Source: an uncultured Nitrospinota bacterium
GTDB lineage: Bacteria; Tectomicrobia; Entotheonellia; J063; CAVPRW01
DNA: 64,000 bases
NCBI GenBank assembly: GCA_963707985.1
Contig: CAVPRW010000037.1
Coordinates: 1-64,000, forward strand
Direction of reading: 5' to 3'
The notes beneath the pieces are model-generated. The model ran no database searches, was not told where the DNA came from, and saw only the letters and a program-made list of their open reading frames with translations. A program made the translations under genes and the position numbers. Shown here piece by piece: positions 56,110-64,000 of this stretch. Each line of letters starts with the position of its first letter. Position 1 is the stretch's first letter.

Positions 56110-57330
56110 GAACAGCGGGAGACGTCGGTGGGTTTGCGCGTCGAAGAGCAGGAGGCCAGCCGGATCAAAGCGCAGACCCACCGCCTCACCGATGGTGATA
56201 GGTGTCTCATATGGGACTCGGGCAGTGACCACCTCTGGAGTGAGGTTGATATAGACGATCTTCATACGTTCGGCGATGCGGGGTTCGAAATGGCTTACCC
56301 GTCCCTGTACCACGCCGCTGTCGCTCAGGGCGGTCAAGTATACATGCTCAGAGCGGACGCCAAGACGTAGTTCTTGTCCAGGCTCCAGGGAATGCCGGTG
56401 ACCGCTAAGGGCGACCTTCAGCTGGCCCTCTCCGACTAACTGCTGCCGGTCTTCTCCATAGCGACATGCGAGCAGACTAATGGGTGGATTCCCCAGAAAT
56501 CCTGCCACAAAGCTATCATGCGGATCAGCATACATCTCCCGGTAGGTTCCGACTTGCACGATCTTCCCTTCACGCATCACGGCGATCCGATCACCCATGG
56601 CGGTCGCTTCTTGTTGATCGTGAGTGACAAACACGGTGGTCACAGAGAACATTGCCAAGAGTTTCTTCACCTCGCGTCTGCTGCGCTCGCGCAAGTGGGC
56701 GTCGAGATTCGAGAATGGCTCGTCGAGTAAGAAAACCGTTGGCTCTCGGCTGAGACAACGTCCAACGGCCACCCGCTGTTGCTCACCGCCTGAGAGGTGA
56801 CGCGGAAAGCGACCGAGCAGAGTACCGACATCAAGCCTTAGGAGCTCTGCTGTTTGTCTAACTTTGGCGTTGATCTCCTGTGTCTGGCGCCGTCGCAAGC
56901 GCCAGAAGAACCCCATGTTGTCCTCCACAGCCATGTGAGGATACAGGGCATAATTCTGAAACACCATGCCAACGCGGCGGTCGCGCGGCGATCGACCATT
57001 CACTGGTTGCCCATCGAAGAAAAGATCCCCGGATTCGGGTTGGACCAGTCCAGCAATCACACGCAAGAGTGTTGATTTCCCACATCCTGATGGCCCAACC
57101 ACGCTCAATGTCTCGCCGTGCATGATCGTCAGGGACAGATCATCCAGGACGATAGCACCCGCAGGTTTGGCTGGCCCCGGAGAAGAGTTACGTGGCCGGC
57201 TAGGAGGACGAACACTGGTCCTCTGTTCCCTGAAGCGCAACTGGGGCGCATGCAGGGTCATCTCTGCACGAGTTTGATAGTGAAGGGGATCAAAACGGGT
57301 CGTCACATGGTTCAGACGCACCATCACCAT
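56098..57330 (-). CDS. Sugar-type ABC ATPase (MalK/MsmX-like), orphan
   Basis: GPSGCGKST, VFQNYALYPHM, LSGGEQQR, LLDEP, VTHDQ, TOBE-like tail. Confidence 0.92.
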   Translation of the reverse strand: MVMVRLNHVTTRFDPLHYQTRAEMTLHAPQLRFREQRTSVRPPSRPRNSSPGPAKPAGAIVLDDLSLTIMHGETLSVVGPSGCGKSTLLRVIAGLVQPESGDLFFDGQPVNGRSPRDRRVGMVFQNYALYPHMAVEDNMGFFWRLRRRQTQEINAKVRQTAELLRLDVGTLLGRFPRHLSGGEQQRVAVGRCLSREPTVFLLDEPFSNLDAHLRERSRREVKKLLAMFSVTTVFVTHDQQEATAMGDRIAVMREGKIVQVGTYREMYADPHDSFVAGFLGNPPISLLACRYGEDRQQLVGEGQLKVALSGHRHSLEPGQELRLGVRSEHVYLTALSDSGVVQGRVSHFEPRIAERMKIVYINLTPEVVTARVPYETPITIGEAVGLRFDPAGLLLFDAQTHRRLPLFSPS

Positions 57331-57689
57331 AATCCAAAGCTCCCGAGCGCGCTCCGCAGGTTACAGACCTGCTTGCCAGATAAGAGGGACCCCCGTTCAT
57401 TGGTTGCGGACGACCTACGATCCAGACAACTCCCCGTTGTAACCCCGCTGTGCCCAGCACATGAAAGATGTGATCGCCAGGCAGGGGGTTTCCCAAACGG
57501 TCGGGGAACCGTCCGCTCCGACAGCAAGCATACGGAGGCGAAAGCCCGCTGTCAAATCCCGATGCGACGGCGGGACACTGCTTACTTTTTCGTGCAAAAC
57601 CTGCTAAAGTCGCCTCTGGCGTTCGTCATTTACGAGAGCGATCTAGTCCCCAGGCAACTCTCGGGCGACACGCCCCTTCGACCCCCTTG

Positions 57690-58019
57690 ATGGCCATATC
57701 GTGCAGCGCATAGCACCTGTCCATCGGGAACTTGCCGAAAGTCGAAGGCGGTCAGTACCACGCGGAGCCCAGTATGCTCGAGGAGACAATGTTGGTCCTG
57801 GACGGGACGGTCCGGGTGCACAGGGGACGAGCGCTACACGGTTGGGCCCCAGCATACTGTGATCATTCCCGCTGAGACACCCCACGCCTGGGGAAATGCC
57901 GGCCCAGATGTGGCCAGGCTGTTGTGGGCTTTCGGTGACCCTGCCCCATTGCTGGATTCGACATACCTTGAGGGCGCGCCCCCCGCCTCTACGACTCTTT
58001 CATCTAGACAGCCGGCATG
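57690..58019 (+). pseudogene. Cupin-domain gene remnant
   Basis: EETMLVLDGTVRV (frameshift) DERYTVGPQHTVIIPAETPHAWGNAGPDVARLLWAF; start not identifiable. Confidence 0.6.
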
Positions 58020-58923
58020 AACTTCTGTGGAAAACCTCCTGTGAGACCCCCCCAGAGTCTGTGCCTCGTGTCCACCGTTTTTTTACACCCCGGCGGCATG
58101 CTGAGCCGTACACTGGATTGCCATGAGCCAAAAACGCTTGCATAAACTGTGTGCCGAAATGCCCTCTTAGAAGGAATTATCAGCCCCAGGGGAAAATCGA
58201 CAGGGGTCTTGACACGGGTCATCAAGCGCTATACATTTATCCATGACAGGAGAAGAGGCGCCACCTCCTGTCGTGGCCGTAACCAAGAAGGAGACATGCG
58301 ATGGATACGCCACCGGGCATAGCGGCGCGCCATCGGGCTATGACTTAGGTCGTTCTGCCCGATGGCGCAGGTAGGGTGTCGTATAACGCAGATGTCCTGA
58401 CGCATGTTAGGACGTGCGCAGATTAGCATTGTGCAACATGCGTGAAAGTCCGTGGGCGGTGTTTGGGTTCCGTCCCTGAGCTTTTTTGGGTATTTAAGCC
58501 TGCCGAAATCTGACCGCCACAGTTGTCTCATATGTAGTGAACCCCCCCTACAAGAGATTCACCTCTCCGGGGTCCCGTCCGGAATCAAAGGCAAGGGGAG
58601 TCTCGTGCTCAGGCTACCCTAGAGCTATATCGAGCCAGTCCCTCCTTCTGGGAGTCATCGTGAACCAGAGTGGAGGGCTGCAAGCCCTGCCTTCCTGCAG
58701 GCACCCGAGCTAGTCTACCCCGAGCTAAGCAGCCATATGTGACGTCATCGGCCAAAATCGCCGACTTGACATATGACCACGACAGGATACGATGTGATGA
58801 TCGAGCTGGCGCACAAGGCCTGTGATGTCTCCCCCGAGCAGCCATTACTCCCAAGCAGAGGGCAGCCATGCACACCATCAGTGTCTCACCGATCTTCTAC
58901 TGAGAGCTACCGTAGAGGTGGGA

Positions 58924-58966
58924 ACCCCATCTAGGCGGCGACACTTCATCGCCGCCTAGATGGGGT
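58924..58966. terminator. Perfect 18-bp inverted repeat (7-nt loop) over the ATPase stop codon
   Basis: ACCCCATCTAGGCGGCGA-cacttca-TCGCCGCCTAGATGGGGT. Confidence 0.55.
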
Positions 58967-60260
58967 CGCTCAGGTGAGTTTCTTCCCGCTCAACGGCTTC
59001 GATGCAGTCTGCGTCGATCCCCGCGGCGAGTATCTCCCCCGCCAAGGACGGTGCCCTGTGTTGCAGCTCATCCAGGATGTCCACAAGACCTTTTAGAAAC
59101 CCACGAGGGACCACTGTGAATTTTTCACCGAAGCGTGCTGCAGTTTTCTCGATCAACCGCTTCAGCATGTCATCGGGGAGACATTCGAGGGCATCCCACT
59201 CATGGGCAATCCCGTGCACTTCCCGTACTCTAAGCGCCACCTCATGCAACGTGACGCGATCAAATCCTGCGAGCGCCATGAGCGGTTGCCGGAAATCAGT
59301 CGTCCGGCTCCCGGCCCAGTCCGACTTCAAACGAGCATAAAGTGCCGGATACGAGGGCACGCCACGGAGCCTATCGTTGTAGAGGTCCTCAGTACCCGCC
59401 AACATAATGCCACAGTGTGCAAGCTCACGCTGCGTGGTTTTTTCCATTAGAATGCGGATATTCTCATAGGCCGCGTTCCGGATTTCAGGGCTGGAAATAC
59501 TTTGAATCGACTCCGCTTCATCAAAGATGACGATGAGACCAGAGTAGCCGATATGCACGACAAGCGCCGTCATAGCCTGTAGAAAATTGAAGGCGTTATC
59601 GTTATCGACACGCCCACGGATATCCAATTCCTTGCGAACCTCATCAGGGATATTCGCGTCTCCCTTCAGCCAGCCGACTGACGCTGTAGCCATGGCCTCA
59701 TTCCCTTGCCGTGAGGCCTCATAATAGCTGCGCACCGCGTTGGTAAAGGACCGATCATAGATCCGGAGCTTGGCAAGCTGTTCGCTGATGCGTTGCACGA
59801 TGATCCTGGCCACCTCACCCCGCTGCGCGGGATGCAATGGATTCAACCCCATTGAGCGTTGGACGTCTTTTTCCAGGATGAAGAGCCATTCCTGTATGAT
59901 GAATTCGAAGGCGGGTACTTCCCGAAAATGGACTGTGCGCATAGCCTCCATAATGCGATGATAGATGACGTCGAAGCGGTGTAGCGGTGCGTCACGCCCC
60001 AACTCAACGGCGGCAACGATGAAACCCCGGTGCCAGGCTTGCTCACGAACAAGGCTGCAGAAGAACGTCTTGCCCGCACTGTAGTGGCCGCTCAAGCATC
60101 TGACCCAGGCCCCGCCATTCTGACTAAGTTCTAGGTCAGCCCGCAGGTTTCTGACTTCATTTTCCCTGCCAACAGCAATGCGATCCAGGCCACGGGTTGG
60201 GACGAGGCCGCTTCTCAGCGCACGAACGATGTGTTGGCAGATGAATTGGTTCATATCCAT
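58956..60260 (-). CDS. BrxD / DUF2791-family P-loop ATPase
   Basis: IVRALRSGLVPTRGLDRIAVGRENE, Walker A GHYSAGKT, WLKG, IGYSGLIVIFDEAE, GVPSYPALYARL, PRGFLKGLVDILD. Confidence 0.88.
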   Translation of the reverse strand: MDMNQFICQHIVRALRSGLVPTRGLDRIAVGRENEVRNLRADLELSQNGGAWVRCLSGHYSAGKTFFCSLVREQAWHRGFIVAAVELGRDAPLHRFDVIYHRIMEAMRTVHFREVPAFEFIIQEWLFILEKDVQRSMGLNPLHPAQRGEVARIIVQRISEQLAKLRIYDRSFTNAVRSYYEASRQGNEAMATASVGWLKGDANIPDEVRKELDIRGRVDNDNAFNFLQAMTALVVHIGYSGLIVIFDEAESIQSISSPEIRNAAYENIRILMEKTTQRELAHCGIMLAGTEDLYNDRLRGVPSYPALYARLKSDWAGSRTTDFRQPLMALAGFDRVTLHEVALRVREVHGIAHEWDALECLPDDMLKRLIEKTAARFGEKFTVVPRGFLKGLVDILDELQHRAPSLAGEILAAGIDADCIEAVEREETHLSDPI

Positions 60261-60322
60261 GATCGTACTCCAGCCTTAGCAAGAGGCAAGATGTTTGCTC
60301 CGCGGTGCAGGGTTTTGCGGTC

Positions 60323-61453
60323 TCATCCTCTCTCCACTCGTGGGATACTTGGTTTCGGTACTGCATCGGATCGGAGCCGATAGCAATATCGGCCCTGAAC
60401 ATAACTCACGTCCACCCAAGGCAGCCCGAGAGTTCCGGTCTTCCGAACGATGTCTCCGATAATCGCCTTGATGAGCACACCTGTATAGCCCTTTTCGGCG
60501 AGCAGTTTCCCAAGCTCTGCTTCTTGAACCTCGGGCCGATCAGATAGTGCCTTCAGCACAATATCCTCGGTGGGTGAAAACTCGATCCCCGGTGGTGCAG
60601 ACTTCCCGGCCAGAGCAGCGCCTGTCACAGGCTCTCCTATTGCAGCGCTGTCGCTCCTACGCCCCATCATACCTCCGGTGTAAATCTCCTCGACGATATC
60701 GAGGAGCTGCCCCACTTCCTGCACCGCCCACCGTAGCTGTCTAGCAGCTCGCAGCTGGAGGGCGATCGAAAGCACCAGTACTATAGTCAGGGCGATTATG
60801 ATATAGGACGCTAGCCCCTGGTGGGTGGAGTGCGATATAGCACTAATCCAGGCTGTCCATCTCATTTGGGTTAGAACGAGCAGCTCTTTGACAAGTGATG
60901 CTAAAGAGGCTTCTGCCTCTGGCTCCTCCAGAGTGTTCTCTGGTGGAGATTCGACCAATACCTCGGGTGTGGCAGGCGCTGCGGGGACAGGTTTCGGAAG
61001 GTGCGACGGTTCAACCACCCCGGGTGTTTCACTCGAGCTCTGGCTCGGCTCCTGCTCGATGAGTACCAAAGGTTTGTAAATCCAGGCCTCGACTCCCTCC
61101 TCGCTTCTTACCTGAAGCCAACGCCCAGACTCCAGCAAAATCTTGACACGCGTCCCCTCTTTTGCAACAGCCAGAATCTCGCTGTTTATGGAAGGGGAAG
61201 CGCGTAGGTTAGAAATTAGAGTGACAATGCCCTGTCTCAATGATCCCGGCGAAGCCTCAGGTGGGTAAGTAGGGGCTGGGCTGGTCGTCTCTGCTACAGT
61301 TTGCCAGGGCAGGATCATAACTAGGAGGGCGATCATCAGCGCCCATGCCCAAACGCTAGCCGCTGCACATGCCTGTGAGGCTGTCTGCCTCAGTACAACG
61401 TAGAGCCTCTTCGGACCTCTAAACCCTACACTAGGCCGCATACCCATCAGCAT
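60323..61453 (-). CDS. Membrane protein: signal/TM, SH3b domain, Pro-rich linker, TM, C-terminal winged-helix-like domain
   Basis: SNLRASPSINSEILAVAKEGTRVKIL..GRWLQVR..GVEAWIY (SH3_3-like); TM YIIIALTIVLVLSIAL; FSPTEDIVLKAL..EAEL..LPWVDV..YRL. Confidence 0.8.
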   Translation of the reverse strand: MLMGMRPSVGFRGPKRLYVVLRQTASQACAAASVWAWALMIALLVMILPWQTVAETTSPAPTYPPEASPGSLRQGIVTLISNLRASPSINSEILAVAKEGTRVKILLESGRWLQVRSEEGVEAWIYKPLVLIEQEPSQSSSETPGVVEPSHLPKPVPAAPATPEVLVESPPENTLEEPEAEASLASLVKELLVLTQMRWTAWISAISHSTHQGLASYIIIALTIVLVLSIALQLRAARQLRWAVQEVGQLLDIVEEIYTGGMMGRRSDSAAIGEPVTGAALAGKSAPPGIEFSPTEDIVLKALSDRPEVQEAELGKLLAEKGYTGVLIKAIIGDIVRKTGTLGLPWVDVSYVQGRYCYRLRSDAVPKPSIPRVERG

Positions 61454-61854
61454 CCCCTCACCACTTTGCGCCGATCCGATGATTTATCATCGAAGATGAT
61501 ATTACATGTTTTTAAATCATAAAATACTAAATCTATAATTTCTATTCCAAAATTTTCTACATCGTCGCGTTGATCCTGTATGACGCTGTCCTAGTTCCCT
61601 CGACCAGGAATGACGTCCCACGGTATCCCGCCTGCGAGATTGCGCCCACAGTATGGGAGCATGGACGACCAAACCGCCTCTGCTGCTTCGCGTGCTCCTA
61701 AATCCCTGTCAGGTTACGTGAGCTTGACTACACCAGGGACTGGAGAGAAAGGTGTTCTCGTAGCGGGGTAATTCTGTGATATACTGATATCTTGGGAGAA
61801 AGCGTCGAATGGAACAGAGCGCAAACATCCTGAAGGCATCTAAAGGGGAGGCGT

Positions 61855-62028
61855 ATGCAAACGATCGAGGTGAGTGAAGAAGTCTACTCGTGGCTCGTTG
61901 AGCACAGGGATTACCTCGAGTCCGAGGGACAGCAGCACATCACCTTTGATGACGTGATCCGCGACCTCTATGAGAAATTTCACCAGGCGGTTCAGGAGCT
62001 GGATCGCGAGCGAACCCTCGGTGCATAA
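61855..62028 (+). CDS. Small ribbon-helix-helix-like protein (57 aa)
   Basis: GGGGAGG RBS; MQTIEVSEEVYSWLVEHR..ITFDDVIRDL; below the ORF track size cutoff. Confidence 0.75.
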   Translation: MQTIEVSEEVYSWLVEHRDYLESEGQQHITFDDVIRDLYEKFHQAVQELDRERTLGA

Positions 62029-63488
62029 CCCAGTATATAATCTTAAAGCGTCCCGCTCTGTCACTGGAGAGGATAGAGGCGGGCCCCATTTGCCGCAGGA
62101 GTTCCGGCACATGTGCGCTCAGTGATACTATCCAAAGGCGCCACTGGACCGGTGTGAGCGATTCCGTTGGTCTGGTGAAGGCTGATGTACAAGAGAATAC
62201 AGCCCCCTCTAGTACATCACTTCCGTGATTTTCAAGGCTCAGAGTGCGACGCACCCTAAATATGCCCCTAATGGAGGGCGAGCCCGATTCGGGGAACCTA
62301 AGCGTCCTGATCTGTCTCTCTTCAGGGAACGGAAGAGTAGCTGATATAAGAGACGGAGGCTCTGCAGGCGCCCCTTTGAGACCGGATAAGGTTCGCCGTA
62401 TGTTGGGGTTGGGGTTCCCGTTTACTGGAAGCGTCTCTGCAGAGTATGAACGAGATGGTGTGCAAATCCAACGCGGACTCTTGGCAATCGTTTGCTGATT
62501 GGTAGACGCACGGGACTCAAAAATCCGTGCGAAGGAGGTTCGGTCAACCCACATCTGGCAGTCGAATGCCGTACCTCCCAAGGCAAGTGATAGCTCTAAA
62601 TCGCTCTTTGCTTCTCTTGCCAAAGTCGATCTAGACTTTTTCTCCGACCTGCCGACGGTGTCCATTGCTGTACACCATGGCAAATGACTCCCACTGGCGG
62701 TTGCATTTGCCTCAGATCTCGCAATCCCCTCCCAGGACTGGCTCAACCTCTCAGAGAGTCCTCGAAAGAACAGGCCCTACACACATGGGTGCCGGTCGCC
62801 GCGCAGGCGGCTCGCCTCACCGCTGATGATCCACTCCTGGCTATTCGGTCCTCCCTCTGGTCATGGCAAGGAGTCCTACAATGCCACCTCTCCTGTCTAT
62901 ATATGCACCTCCCCCTACCTTACCATGATGCGGTACTTACCATGACCGTGGGCTGGTGAAAATCAGCCATCTGTCGGCTAGATTGGCAGTGGTGGCGTTG
63001 ACCTCCGCCACCGGGATACACAACAGCACCGTGGAGAGTACTGTGGATTCCTTAAACCACGAGCTCCTGGTGTAGCGATCTGGTGTAGCGATTGAGAAAT
63101 TGATTGTTCTGAACAACGTCCCCCGCCTGATGGTTCGGGCCGGACAGGAGGTCGGGTGCAGGACATCTGCGGCCTTGAGCGTTGGCGGCCTCTCCCCGCA
63201 TGGCTGCTTGATTCCCAGCGCAGCTGAGATGCCTCCGTACGCGGCCGAATGGCCGCCCATCAGCACATTGAGCGCCATGGCGGCGAGCGTCAGCACTGTC
63301 TTTGACCATCAGGATCATAGCAGTGTATAGTATGGCGTCGCATGCCTTATACCCATGCGACTCGACCGTATGAGGCGGCGTTACCCAAGGGTTCGCATCG
63401 TTCCGGAATTGTCGGCCGTATCAGCCCTGGAGTGCGTGATGCCTATGATGAGTGACATGGCGAAGCTGACAGCTGCGAAGGAGAGAGT

Positions 63489-63797
63489 ATGGTAGAAGCA
63501 CGGTCTTCCGTATACGACCATTTTCCCCAACTCGGGCGACTACGCGACGATGTGTTGTTCGGTGACGTGTGGGAACAACCGGAGTTATCCAAACGAGATC
63601 GCAGTCTGATCACTGTCGCGACCTTAACAGCACTTTACCGGACAGATGAGTTGCGGGGGCATATCCGGCGGGCATTGCAAAACGGTGTGACCAAAGACGA
63701 AATTCGCGGGCTTGTGACGCATCTGGCGTTCTATGCTGGATGGCCGACAGCCGTGAACGCGGCTCGGGTGGCACTGGAGGTGTTTGAGGAACGCTGA
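63489..63797 (+). CDS. Carboxymuconolactone decarboxylase family protein
   Basis: LFGDVWEQPELSKRDRSLITVA..ELRGHIRRALQNGVT..LAFYAGWP. Confidence 0.93.
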   Translation: MVEARSSVYDHFPQLGRLRDDVLFGDVWEQPELSKRDRSLITVATLTALYRTDELRGHIRRALQNGVTKDEIRGLVTHLAFYAGWPTAVNAARVALEVFEER

Positions 63798-64000
63798 CCA
63801 GGATCAGGAACAGATGGTCGCGAGGCAATTCAATAACATGTGCGGCCCTGTGCAGAGCGGCTCTCGTCAAGGACCTCGCAATCTTGGCGAGCCCCGCTCT
63901 GTCGAGGTTCATGGGCGCGCGGAAGACTAGGACACCTCTGAGCCCACAGGGGCGCCGGACTCCCGACGGGCATAACTGATGGTCAGCACCTCCCAGTTGT

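Noticed and set aside
61940..63330. 268-aa and 119-aa minus-strand ORFs
   Set aside because: No motifs or convincing RBS; the longer one overlaps the better-supported RHH gene.

Overview
The window has three zones. (1) 1-12.7 kb is a nest of decayed mobile elements built on an integron-type cassette array on the minus strand, with no integrase in the window. Two attC sites are each interrupted by a different group II intron: a class C intron at 3976-8886 and a class E-like intron at ~1105-2453. Both intron RT genes are broken at the same PQG motif, one by a large serine recombinase element and the other by two IS elements. One cassette carries a Schlafen/AlbA_2 fusion gene. (2) 12.7-22 kb holds small genes, tRNA-Val(CAC), tRNA-Ala(CGC), an ISKra4 remnant and an AT-richer, frameshifted type IV minor-pilin operon. 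(3) 22-57 kb is mostly ordinary housekeeping genes (valS, lptG, ruvX, tolC-like, ribF, cmk, rpsA, sppA, ihfB, nucleotide-sugar enzymes, radC, purF, dksA, rsfS, nadD, proBA, obg, rpmA, rplU, ltaE, dapF, pepA, ggt). It is followed at 59-61.5 kb by an unusual two-gene module: an SH3b-TM-winged-helix membrane protein plus a BrxD/DUF2791-like ATPase, resembling a remodelled Shango/BREX-type defence unit. The host is a diderm bacterium; a Tectomicrobia/deltaproteobacteria-like identity is my inference only. Isolated frameshifts may be sequencing errors. All family calls come from motif recognition by eye, not database searches.
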